Notes under the pieces: generated by a model
Seen by the model: only the letters and a program-made list of their open reading frames with translations
Database searches by the model: none
What the model was told of the DNA's origin: nothing
Assembly (NCBI RefSeq): GCF_965197445.1
Contig: NZ_CBDANE010000005.1
Coordinates: 1,067,369-1,131,368, forward strand
Direction of reading: 5' to 3'
Length of the DNA stretch: 64,000 nucleotides
Source of the DNA: Candidatus Palauibacter sp.
GTDB taxonomy: Bacteria > Gemmatimonadota > Gemmatimonadetes > Palauibacterales > Palauibacteraceae
Made by a program: the position numbers and the translations under genes
Shown here: one piece after another, positions 12,138-20,724 of the stretch
Position numbering within the stretch: the first letter of the stretch is position 1
How the letters are laid out: each line of letters opens with the position of its first letter

Positions 12138-13546
12138 TCCGTTCCGCGGGCGAACCGCGCGGGTTCAGGTTCGACGTGCTCATCGCCGGAGAACCCGTCC
12201 GCCGCCGAATCCCGGTCATCTGCTCCCCCCTCGGCATCCAGTTCGAGGGCGAGCAGGTGGATCTCGAGTCCGTGTTCTGGGTGTCGCGGCGCGCCGGTCT
12301 CGTCCTGCTCTTCGCGCGGAACCGTACCCTGGCGTTCTTCGGAGAGAGTGGGGATCTCGAGGAACTGGCCCGCCTCGTCGAGCGCGGCAGCGACAACGAT
12401 GCGCGACGGTCGATGCTTCGGCCGCTGGCGGCCGAGGTCGTCGTCTGCACGGCCGGCACGGCGGTCGCCGGCCACGTCGGGCAGGAGCGGATCAGCGGCC
12501 TCTACCTCGCGGTGTTCACCCGGCAGGGCCTCCACCTCTTCGCCGAGGAGCGGCGGCACACCCTTCGCTGGCCCCTCGAGCGGGCGGCGGAGGTCGTCGC
12601 CGAGGCAGAAGGTGCGAGCCGGCCCGTACTCGAGCTGGCCGGCGGCGATGCGGCGCTCAAGATTCGCTACCTCTTCCCCGAGGAGATCGGGGCCGTGGTC
12701 CAGGTCGCCCGGAGGACTCCCGCGCCTCCGGACCGCGACGGCGCGCTCGAGATGTTCGACAAGGGGGAGGTCACCCGGCCGCTGCCGGCCCGGCCGCCAC
12801 AGTTCTCCGAGGCCACGAACACGCTGCAGCGAGCCTGCGAAGCCGCGGTTGCGCGCGTGAAGATCGATCCCTCGATCGGCGAGCGTTTCGATCGACGTTA
12901 CTTCGAGCGGCATCTGCAGACGCTCGGCGAGATCGCGCTCGGGCCTCTGATGCTGAGGCGATCGGCCGCCCTCGAGGCGGGCTCCCTCATGAGTGCGATC
13001 GAGGCCATGGATGCGGAGCAGGTGCGGCAGGACGCGATCGCCGCGCTCGACAGCGTCACCGTGGAGCTGCTGCGGGTCTATGGTTCCGAAGTGCGGACCC
13101 TCGTCAAGGCGAAGCGGCTCGACCGTGAACATGCCGAGAAGGCGCTGGCCGCCGCGGATGAACCATCACTGCGGGAATCGATGGCTCAACACATCGAGGC
13201 ACTGAACCCAGCGTTCAACGGCGTCGTCGCGCGACAGCAACTCCTCTTGCAGCAGTTGCATGCGCGCGACCTCGCTCCGCCGGAAGCGGAGGAGGCGGGC
13301 GTAGAACAGGCCATCGCTTCCTGGCGAAACCAGGTGGCGAGACTCGATGTGGCCTACGGAGCGGCCGGAGCCGAGGTGCTTCTCGAACTCGCAGCCCTCT
13401 GGTCCGACCGCCTGATCCCGTCCCTTCGAGGACTGACGGCTCTGCGCGGCCGACGCTTGTCGGAGAGAGCCCGATTGTGGATTCTTGCGATTGTGACGTT
13501 CCTGGCCGTGGCCGCGCTGGCCTGGCTGGCCCGGGACATGTTCTGA
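12134..13546 (+). CDS. Hypothetical tail-anchored membrane protein with tandem PH/GRAM-like N-terminal domains and a coiled-coil region
   Basis: No recognisable catalytic motifs. Two similar ~90 aa segments (…IQFEGEQVDLESVFWVSRRAGLVLLFA… and …LYLAVFTRQGLHLFAEERRHTLRWPL…). A long alpha-helical/coiled-coil middle, and a single C-terminal TM helix (LWILAIVTFLAVAALAWLA). ATG overlaps the upstream stop (ATGA). GC3-rich codon usage. Confidence 0.55.
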   Translation: MIRSAGEPRGFRFDVLIAGEPVRRRIPVICSPLGIQFEGEQVDLESVFWVSRRAGLVLLFARNRTLAFFGESGDLEELARLVERGSDNDARRSMLRPLAAEVVVCTAGTAVAGHVGQERISGLYLAVFTRQGLHLFAEERRHTLRWPLERAAEVVAEAEGASRPVLELAGGDAALKIRYLFPEEIGAVVQVARRTPAPPDRDGALEMFDKGEVTRPLPARPPQFSEATNTLQRACEAAVARVKIDPSIGERFDRRYFERHLQTLGEIALGPLMLRRSAALEAGSLMSAIEAMDAEQVRQDAIAALDSVTVELLRVYGSEVRTLVKAKRLDREHAEKALAAADEPSLRESMAQHIEALNPAFNGVVARQQLLLQQLHARDLAPPEAEEAGVEQAIASWRNQVARLDVAYGAAGAEVLLELAALWSDRLIPSLRGLTALRGRRLSERARLWILAIVTFLAVAALAWLARDMF

Positions 13547-13633
13547 CCCGAGGCGGTCACGACACTGGATGGGCTGCCGGCAGGCCCCTGGCGAAGGCGC
13601 AGGGGGCTGCCCAAGCCCGGGAGAGTAAGACAG

Positions 13634-14368
13634 ATGGCAAAGAAAACGAACTGGCTGTTTCGAGGCACGCTGGCCGCCATCGTGATCGTCGGCGGGGGCT
13701 GGCTCCTGCTCGGCGGGCGAGGCGGGTCGGGGCCGCCCGCGACGCACCCGGATCTCCTCGCGGTCCTCGCCGAGGCCGAGGCCGATCCCTCCGTCGGCGT
13801 GACCCTCGGCCCCGAGTCCGCGCCGATTACAATCGAGGAATTCTACGATCCCTCGTGTCCCCACTGCGCGACCTTCGCGGGCTTCGCGGGGAAGCTGATC
13901 CGTCAGAACTACGTGGAGACGGCGAACGCCCCGGTGCGCTGGGTCTCCTACGACTACATGATCGGGTTCCCCAACTCCGTCGCGGCATCGCTGGCCGCGC
14001 GCTGCGCGGGTGACCAGGGCCTCTACTGGCCTGTGCACGACCTCCTTCTCGCGCGCCAGACGCGCTGGTATCAGCTGCCGGATCCGGGCGACGCGATCGC
14101 GGAGATCGCGGGCCAGGCAGGTGTCGAGGCCGGCGCCTGGGAAGCCTGCATGCGCGACCGCCGCCACCTCGACGCGATCGCGGCATCGCACAAGGTGGGA
14201 GAGACGCGGGGCGTGAACTCGACGCCGACGCTGTTCATCGACGGCGAGCGCGTGGACCTGCAGGGCGTGGATCCCTACACGCACCTCGAAGGACTCATCC
14301 AGGCCAGGCTCGCGGCGATGTCCTCCGGGTCCGCCGGGAGCGACCCTTCGCCGCAGGGAACGCCGTAA
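13634..14368 (+). CDS. DsbA-like thiol:disulfide oxidoreductase (thioredoxin fold), membrane-anchored/secreted
   Basis: N-terminal hydrophobic anchor and CPHC active site (SCPHCATF). Confidence 0.8.
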   Translation: MAKKTNWLFRGTLAAIVIVGGGWLLLGGRGGSGPPATHPDLLAVLAEAEADPSVGVTLGPESAPITIEEFYDPSCPHCATFAGFAGKLIRQNYVETANAPVRWVSYDYMIGFPNSVAASLAARCAGDQGLYWPVHDLLLARQTRWYQLPDPGDAIAEIAGQAGVEAGAWEACMRDRRHLDAIAASHKVGETRGVNSTPTLFIDGERVDLQGVDPYTHLEGLIQARLAAMSSGSAGSDPSPQGTP

Positions 14369-14370
14369 CC

Positions 14371-14871
14371 TTGAGCGGACTGAATCGGCGCCGGGGCATC
14401 GCAGTCCTGGCGCTGACCGGTTTCTTCCTCTCGATGTACCTGTTCCTCTACGCGCTCGGCTACTACGGCGAGCTCGCATGCGGCGCGGGAGGAGGATGCG
14501 ATCTGGTCCAGGGATCCCGTTGGGCCCGCTTCCTCGGCTTCCCCGTGGCAGGCTGGGGTGTGGGCTGGTACGTCGCCGTGTTCGGCGTCTCGATGCTGGG
14601 CACCCGCGACGGGATCGGCGGCGCGACCTGGATCCCGCGGATCCTCGTCCTGCTCGCGCTCGGCGGTGTCGCGTTCACGATCTACCTGACCGCGCTCGAG
14701 ATCTGGGTCATCCACGCGATCTGCCGCTGGTGTGTCGGGAGCGCCGCCCTCACCATCGCGATCTTCCTGCTGTCCCGCCACCCTCCCGGAGTTCCGCGCC
14801 TTCCGCCGCTCCGCCTGACGCAGCAGTCGGTCAGGTGCCCGACGGGCGCAGTTCGTTCCAGCGTTCGATGA
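14371..14871 (+). CDS. Vitamin K epoxide reductase (VKOR) family protein (DsbB functional analogue)
   Basis: Multi-TM protein with a loop Cys pair (ACGAGGGCDL) and the active-site CxxC in a TM helix (CRWC). It lies immediately downstream of DsbA. TTG start. Confidence 0.7.
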   Translation: MSGLNRRRGIAVLALTGFFLSMYLFLYALGYYGELACGAGGGCDLVQGSRWARFLGFPVAGWGVGWYVAVFGVSMLGTRDGIGGATWIPRILVLLALGGVAFTIYLTALEIWVIHAICRWCVGSAALTIAIFLLSRHPPGVPRLPPLRLTQQSVRCPTGAVRSSVR

Positions 14872-15778
14872 ACGCCACCGCGGCGTCGACGAACACCTCC
14901 GTCGCGATGCGTCCCCGCTCCGTCGTGGCTTCCGCCGGGTCGCGCGTCCCCCACACGCCCGTGGACGACATCTCGATCGACGACGTCCCCTTGCCCGTCG
15001 ACTCGTCCTTGAGCCCCTCGGCCAGAAACACGGCGAGCGCCGTCGGGTCGCCGGCCAGCACGTCGGGCAGCATCGCCTCGAGCTGCGGGGGCATGGTGAC
15101 CTCGGCCGGTACCGCGGCGTCGAGATCCACCAGTGTCGGCATGAGGTAGAGCGAACTCGAGGTCTCGGGCGTTCCCCCGTGACGGTCGAGTTGATCCGGC
15201 GGCGGAGTCGGGGCGGAGGCCATCCGTGCCCGGTCCCTGAACGGTCCCGCCACCGCGCCCAGATCCACGGCGATGCCCGCCGTCTCCTGGTTGATGCGGT
15301 CGACGATGAACGTCGTGATCGCCCGGTTCCCCCCGTGCGCGTTCATGATGAGGAAGCGCTTGAACCCGTGAGCGATCAGACTCTTCACGGCCTCGACGTA
15401 CACCTCCTGGACCAGCGACGAGGGCAGCGTGATCGTCCCCTCGAACCCCATGTGGTAGGGCGACTGCCCCGGCAGGAGGATCGGGGCCACGAGCACGTCG
15501 GCACGCTGAGCCACGAGCTTCGCCTGCTCGACCCCGTTCAGGTAGTCCGTGCCGATCGGCAGGTGGTTGCCGTGCTGTTCCAGCGACGCGACCGGAATCA
15601 GCACCAAGTCGCTCCGCGTGAGGAAGTCGCGCACCTCCGGCACCGACATGTGCGGCAGGTAGTTCCTCACCTTCTCCTGGGTCCACAGCGGGTTCGTCTG
15701 CGCGGCCGCCGCCGGGGCGAGCGAAAGCAGCAGGACGGCGCCGAGCCGCAGCGCAGACGCATTCGGGGATCGTCTCAT
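14831..15778 (-). CDS. Creatininase-family amidohydrolase with N-terminal signal peptide
   Basis: Creatininase-family motifs LIPVASLEQHGNHLPIGTDYL and MNAHGGN. Start at MRRSPNASALRLGAVLLLSLAPAAAAQ, a Sec-type signal peptide. Confidence 0.7.
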   Translation of the reverse strand: MRRSPNASALRLGAVLLLSLAPAAAAQTNPLWTQEKVRNYLPHMSVPEVRDFLTRSDLVLIPVASLEQHGNHLPIGTDYLNGVEQAKLVAQRADVLVAPILLPGQSPYHMGFEGTITLPSSLVQEVYVEAVKSLIAHGFKRFLIMNAHGGNRAITTFIVDRINQETAGIAVDLGAVAGPFRDRARMASAPTPPPDQLDRHGGTPETSSSLYLMPTLVDLDAAVPAEVTMPPQLEAMLPDVLAGDPTALAVFLAEGLKDESTGKGTSSIEMSSTGVWGTRDPAEATTERGRIATEVFVDAAVAFIERWNELRPSGT

Positions 15779-15813
15779 GGGACCGGGTCCTGTAGGAAGG
15801 CGGTCGAAGTCTG

Positions 15814-17379
15814 TCAGAAAACCGTGATCGGCATCGTCAGCAGCGCCGCGTAGAGATCGATCGCGTACCACAGATTGGCGATCCGGAGATTCTCGTCGGG
15901 CGCGTGCTGGTTGTTGTCGTGGTTCGCGACGGGGACGTTCAAGGCGGGTTTCCCGGCCACATCCGTGAACAGATAGAGGGGAAGGGTGCCGCCCAGGCCG
16001 GGGGCCAGGACGAGCGAGCCCGGGCCGAACGCACGGTCGGCCGCCGCCGAAGCCGCGCCGATGATCTCCTGCACGAACGGGTTATCCATCCCCGTGCGGG
16101 CCGCGGGGTAGCCGCCCCCGCCCGTAACCCTGGCGATGCGGGGATATCGAAGCCGGGTCTCCATGTCCGGGGCCTCGGACACGACGTGAAATCCCTGCCG
16201 CTCAATGTGCTCCACGACGAGTTGCCGCAGGTGGTCCGCTTCGTTGCCCTTGACGAGCCGGATTCCCAGCGCGGCGACCGCCGTATTGGGTATGATGTTC
16301 CGGGCCAGCGCGCCGGTGTTCCCGCTCGTGAGGCCGCGGATGTTCAACGCCGGAAGGAGGATACGCTCCGACAGCGTCTCGGGCTCTCCCTCGGTCCACA
16401 CCAGCCCCAGTTCGCGCTTGAGGTCTTCGTCGACCGGTGGCATCGCCTCCAGCGCCGCTTGTTCCTCGGCCCCCAGCGGCTCGACTGTGTCGTACCAGCC
16501 GTCGACGAGCACCCGCCCGCTGTCGTCCTTCATGGAGGCGAGCAGCCGGGCGAGGATGTTCCCGGTGTCGGGGGTCCAGTTCCCGTAGTGGCCGGAGTGA
16601 AGATTGCGGGTGGCTCCGTAGACCGTGACCTCCATCCCCATCGAACCCCGGACGCCGAACGTCAACTGCGGGCGGCCGCTCTGGTGCGCGGGTCCGTCGA
16701 AGAAGAGCCATACGTCGATGTCCGCGATGCGATCCGCGGCCATCTCCATGTACTGGCCGAGGTGGCGCGAGCCCGCCTCCTCCTCGCCGTCGAAGAAGAA
16801 GACGAGATTGGATGTAGGCTGGACGCCTTCCTCCCGGAACGCGCGCAGGACGGGCAGCAGGGCCGCGATCGGCGCCTTGTCGTCACCGGCCGAACGGGCG
16901 TACAGCCGCCACTCCGGGTCCACCGGATCTCCCGGCTCGGGCATGGGGCGCGGCGTCCCGCCGGCCTCCATGGAAGCCGTATAGAGCGTGGGTTCGAACG
17001 GCGGGTGCGTCCAGTTCAAGGGGTCGACCGGCTGGCCGTCGTAGTGGACGTAGATGCCCAGAGTCCGCTCCGCGTCGGGCACGCGAAGCTCGCCGTGCAC
17101 GAGGGGTGCGACGCCGTCGATCCGAAGCAACTCCGAAGTGACCCCGACCGCCCGCAACTCGTCGCGGATGTACTCGGCCGCCCGGGTGATATCCTCGAGG
17201 TCACGGGCACGGTTGGGATACGACAGGAGTTCGGCGAAGTCCCGCAGGATCTCCACCTCGTGCGCCTCCCGGTACGTCCGCGCGAGATCCGCCCCCGACT
17301 GGGCCGCGGCTGGATGGGCCGCGAGGATTCCCCCGACCAGGGCTACCGAAATCCGCCCGAATACTTGATGGGTTGTCAT
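15814..17379 (-). CDS. M20-family metallopeptidase/dipeptidase, secreted
   Basis: M20 metal-binding motifs (HYDGQPVD, FFDGEEEAGS) and a dimerisation domain. Signal peptide after the start at MTTHQVFGRISVALVGGILAAHPAAAQ. Confidence 0.8.
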   Translation of the reverse strand: MTTHQVFGRISVALVGGILAAHPAAAQSGADLARTYREAHEVEILRDFAELLSYPNRARDLEDITRAAEYIRDELRAVGVTSELLRIDGVAPLVHGELRVPDAERTLGIYVHYDGQPVDPLNWTHPPFEPTLYTASMEAGGTPRPMPEPGDPVDPEWRLYARSAGDDKAPIAALLPVLRAFREEGVQPTSNLVFFFDGEEEAGSRHLGQYMEMAADRIADIDVWLFFDGPAHQSGRPQLTFGVRGSMGMEVTVYGATRNLHSGHYGNWTPDTGNILARLLASMKDDSGRVLVDGWYDTVEPLGAEEQAALEAMPPVDEDLKRELGLVWTEGEPETLSERILLPALNIRGLTSGNTGALARNIIPNTAVAALGIRLVKGNEADHLRQLVVEHIERQGFHVVSEAPDMETRLRYPRIARVTGGGGYPAARTGMDNPFVQEIIGAASAAADRAFGPGSLVLAPGLGGTLPLYLFTDVAGKPALNVPVANHDNNQHAPDENLRIANLWYAIDLYAALLTMPITVF

Positions 17380-17425
17380 GCGGGCATCATGCCGATGCCC
17401 CGAATCCATCGGCAACCCGTGGAGT

Positions 17426-18316
17426 TCAGGCGGTGGCGCGCCAGAAACCTTCCAGCGCCTCGCCGTCCGGCGACGCGCGGAGCTTGTCGAAGGCCCGATT
17501 CCGGATCTGCCGGATCCGCTCCCGAGTGACGCCGAGCAGGGAACCGATCTCCTCCAGCGTCATCTCCTCGCCATCGTCGAGGCCGTAGTAGAGCACCAGG
17601 ATCTTCCGCTCACGCTCGGTCAGGTAGCGCTCGAACATCTTCTCGAGGAACTCCCGGCGCGCCTGGTCCTCGACATCCTCCTCGATGTCCGCGTCGTCCA
17701 TCCCCGAGAAGCGCTCGCCGAACGAGGCGCTGTCGCGGTCGGACTTGTCGAGCGGCGCGTCGAGGCTCAGCTCGGCGGAAGCGACGCGCCGCAGCGCCCG
17801 CACCGTCTCCACCGGCTCCTCCATCTCCTCGGCGATCTCCCGGTCGGTCGGCGAGCGTCCCAGCTTCTGGGTCAGCGCCGTCTCCGTCCGGGACAGCTTG
17901 ACCAGATTCGAGTTCTGGTTGAGCGGGATCCGCACCGAGCGGGTCTGCTCGGCCAGCGCCTGGAGCACCGTCTGCCGGATCCACCACACCGCGTAGGAGA
18001 TGAACTTCACGCCCTTGTCGGGATCGAACTTCTTCACGGCCTTGAGCAGGCCCTCGTTCCCGATGCAGACGAGTTCGGCCAGGTTGAGTCCCCGGCCCTG
18101 GTACTTCTTCACGTACGAGATCACGAACCGCAGGTTCGCCGTGACCAGCCGCTCCGCCGCGTGGCGGTCTCCGGCACGGGCCTTGCGGGCGATCTCCCGC
18201 TCGATCTGAGGGTTCTCGATCAGCGGGTACCGCTCCACGTCCTGCAGATACTGATCGAACGAGTCGAGCGCGTGCGTGTCGAAGAACATGCGTCGGCTTG
18301 TGGCCGTCTTCGCCAT
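17426..18316 (-). CDS. RNA polymerase sigma factor, sigma-70 family (RpoD/RpoS-like, regions 1.2-4)
   Basis: Region 2 (YLQDVERYPLI, FVISYVKKYQGRGLNLAELVCIGNEGLLKAVKKFDPDKGVKFISYAVWWIRQ), region 3, and the region 4 HTH (TLEEIGSLLGVTRERIRQIRNRA). Start at MAKTATS. Long 5' leader. Confidence 0.85.
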   Translation of the reverse strand: MAKTATSRRMFFDTHALDSFDQYLQDVERYPLIENPQIEREIARKARAGDRHAAERLVTANLRFVISYVKKYQGRGLNLAELVCIGNEGLLKAVKKFDPDKGVKFISYAVWWIRQTVLQALAEQTRSVRIPLNQNSNLVKLSRTETALTQKLGRSPTDREIAEEMEEPVETVRALRRVASAELSLDAPLDKSDRDSASFGERFSGMDDADIEEDVEDQARREFLEKMFERYLTERERKILVLYYGLDDGEEMTLEEIGSLLGVTRERIRQIRNRAFDKLRASPDGEALEGFWRATA

Positions 18317-18477
18317 ATGGTGTCCGAATCCTGGCTTCGGGGTCGGTTGTCGAAAACCCGCGTCCCGGAGCGAGCTAACCGGCGCTTCGCCCCGCTGCGG
18401 TTCGATCCGATCGCTTTTGATACAAACTTGAAACAATAGAGAGATGTAGAGCGAACCGCACGTTGTCCCGACTACTT

Positions 18478-18621
18478 CTACCCCGTACCCCCGCCGAAGT
18501 CCCCACCGCCCGACCTCTCGCTCGCGGCGCGTTCCCGCGTCCGAAGGCGTAGGACGTACCAGATCAGCGCGGCCCAGGCAATCCCGTATCCGGCGCCGAC
18601 GAAGAGCCAGTGCTCGTTCAT
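18478..18621 (-). CDS. ccmD: Heme exporter protein D (CcmD-like small membrane protein), 47 aa
   Basis: Not in the ORF track because it is below 60 aa. Hand translation gives MNEHWLFVGAGYGIAWAALIWYVLRLRTRERAASER…, a single TM helix followed by a basic stretch. It sits immediately downstream of ccmC, the canonical position. Confidence 0.5.
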   Translation of the reverse strand: MNEHWLFVGAGYGIAWAALIWYVLRLRTRERAASERSGGGDFGGGTG

Positions 18622-18628
18622 CGCTCGT

Positions 18629-19303
18629 TCACTCCTCGCCCTCAGGTCCGGACAGTTCGAGTTCGAGTTCCGTTGCAGCCAACCTGTAACGCCGGAGCCA
18701 GAGGTACGTGAAAGCGATCGTGTACGCCGCGAACCCGAGCAGCATCACCAGCCCGAACGCGCTCGCCATCGAACGGGGCGACGAGGGGGCTTGGTGCAGG
18801 CTCCGCCACCAGAACACCGACAGGTACACGATCGGTACCTGGACGAACCCGATGAGGCCGATCACGGCCGCCCAGCGCGCGCGCTGATCCGGATCTTCCG
18901 TCATCGAGCGGACGACCAGGTAACCCGTGTAGATGGGTACGAGGAGCGCCGTCGTGGTGATTCGCGGATCCCACGTCCACCAGATGCCCCACGTGGGCCG
19001 GGCCCACAGCGAGCCCAGGACGAGGGTGAGAACGGCGCCGAGCACCCCCAGTTCCGCGGCGGAGACCGCCAGGAGGTCCCATTTCAGATCTCGTTGAACG
19101 AGATAGAGGATGCTCATGAGAAACACGACGAAGAACGCCAGCATCATCGCCCACGCCATGGGCACGTGAACGTAGAGCAGGCGCTGAACCTCGCCCTGCA
19201 GCGCGTCGGCGGGCAGGACGAGGAGGCCGAGCACGGCGCAGGCGACGATGCTGGCGATCGCCACCCAGCCCAACACCGTCAGTTTGTTATTCGGTTGGTT
19301 CAT
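18629..19303 (-). CDS. ccmC: Heme exporter protein C
   Basis: WWD domain (WGIWWTWDPRITT) and conserved His residues. Start at MNQPNNKLTVLGW. Confidence 0.85.
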   Translation of the reverse strand: MNQPNNKLTVLGWVAIASIVACAVLGLLVLPADALQGEVQRLLYVHVPMAWAMMLAFFVVFLMSILYLVQRDLKWDLLAVSAAELGVLGAVLTLVLGSLWARPTWGIWWTWDPRITTTALLVPIYTGYLVVRSMTEDPDQRARWAAVIGLIGFVQVPIVYLSVFWWRSLHQAPSSPRSMASAFGLVMLLGFAAYTIAFTYLWLRRYRLAATELELELSGPEGEE

Positions 19304-19313
19304 CGAACCCGCA

Positions 19314-19994
19314 TCACTCCTCGAGGACGACGGGGAAGACCCAGACACACACCACGAACAGTATCACGTCGTACGACGCCAGTAACCTTAACCAACCCGC
19401 GGCCCGGCCGAGCGGGTCCCCGTCCAGGAACGCGTCCGTCGCCCCCACACTCCCGAGCACGACCGGGACGAGGGCCGGGAAGAGGAGCAGCGGGAGCAGG
19501 AGTTCACGCGCCCGGAGGTGTACCGTGAGGGCCGAGAAAAAGGTCCCGATGACGGAGAAGCCGAACGTGCCGAGCAGGGCCACGAACAGGAGGGGGCCGG
19601 CGTGCGAGGCGAAGTCGACCTCGTACAGGATCGCGGCGGCCGGGAAGAGGAGCACCTCGAGCGCGGCGAGCACGACGAGGTTGCCCGCCAGCTTGCCCAG
19701 GTAGATCGCGCGCACATCCCCGGGATAGAGCCTCAGCAGCCGCGCGCCGCCCGCCAGTTCCTCGTTCTGGAACGTCCGGCTCAGCGACAGCGTCCCGGTG
19801 AAGACGATCGCGACCCAGATGAGGCCGCCCGCAAGTCTGCCGAGCAGCTCGCTGTCCGGACCGATCGCGAAACTGAACAGGAAGAGGACGAGCGCGGCGA
19901 AGGAGAGCATGGCCGTGAAACCCTGCCGCGTTCGGGTCTCCGAGAGGATGTCCTTCCACAGGATGGCGGCGGCACGCCGCGCCAGCGCCCTCAC
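19314..19994 (-). CDS. ccmB: Heme exporter protein B
   Basis: Six-TM CcmB-like permease (FTAMLSFAALVLFLF…). GTG start overlaps the ccmA stop (GTGA). The track ORF is artificially extended upstream through ccmA. Confidence 0.8.
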   Translation of the reverse strand: MRALARRAAAILWKDILSETRTRQGFTAMLSFAALVLFLFSFAIGPDSELLGRLAGGLIWVAIVFTGTLSLSRTFQNEELAGGARLLRLYPGDVRAIYLGKLAGNLVVLAALEVLLFPAAAILYEVDFASHAGPLLFVALLGTFGFSVIGTFFSALTVHLRARELLLPLLLFPALVPVVLGSVGATDAFLDGDPLGRAAGWLRLLASYDVILFVVCVWVFPVVLEE

Positions 19995-20647
19995 GCGGCT
20001 CCGGCGGCGACCCGTCCGCCCTCCAGCCGCACGACCTCGTCGGCGTGTCGCGTCGCGTCGTCGACCCGGTGCGAGGCGACGAGCACCGCGGCCCCCGCGT
20101 CGCGCCACCCTCGGATCGCCTCCTGGACGAGCCCCACTCCGTCCTCGTCGAGGCTCACGAAGGGCTCGTCGAGCAGGACCAGCTCGAGCGGGCGGAGGCG
20201 GAGGCGCGCCAGCTCCAGGCGCTTGCGCATCCCGGTGGACCAGGCCCGCACGGGAACGTCCGCCGCCCCCGCGAGATCGACGTCCGCCAGCGCCTCGCGC
20301 AGGGCGCCGGCCGCGATGTCCGTGCCCGACATGCGAGTCGCGAAGCGGAGGTTCTCCAGCCCGGTCAGCTCTTCGTACGCGTGCCCGCCGGCGGTCAGGA
20401 ACGCGGCCCGGGCGCGAATCGCGTCTCCGCCCGCCGGGAGGGTGTGGCCCAGCACCTCGACCCGGCCCGCGGTCGGACGCAGCAGCGTGGAGATCACGCG
20501 CAGCAGCGTCGTCTTGCCCGTTCCGTTTGCGCCGAGCAGCGCGACGACGGCCCCGCGCGGAACGGCGAGATCGACCCCGCGGAGCGCCCAGCGGCGCCCG
20601 AAGCGCCGCGTGACGCCCTCGGCCGCGACGGCGAAACTCACGGGCAC
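19991..20647 (-). CDS. ccmA: Cytochrome c biogenesis ATP-binding export protein
   Basis: Walker A GANGTGKTT, the degenerate signature typical of CcmA, and Walker B LVLLDEP. Confidence 0.85.
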   Translation of the reverse strand: MPVSFAVAAEGVTRRFGRRWALRGVDLAVPRGAVVALLGANGTGKTTLLRVISTLLRPTAGRVEVLGHTLPAGGDAIRARAAFLTAGGHAYEELTGLENLRFATRMSGTDIAAGALREALADVDLAGAADVPVRAWSTGMRKRLELARLRLRPLELVLLDEPFVSLDEDGVGLVQEAIRGWRDAGAAVLVASHRVDDATRHADEVVRLEGGRVAAGAA

Positions 20648-20724
20648 GTCCCGCCGCCGCCCGCCACTGGTCCGGCATCAGAGACTGCTGGCCCACCCTC
20701 GGGGGTGCTCATACGTTCCGCCGC

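Noticed and set aside
18380-18440. GGTTCGATCC T-loop-like motif suggesting a tRNA
   Set aside because: No complementary T-stem, acceptor stem or anticodon arm could be formed. It lies in the 5' leader of the sigma factor gene.
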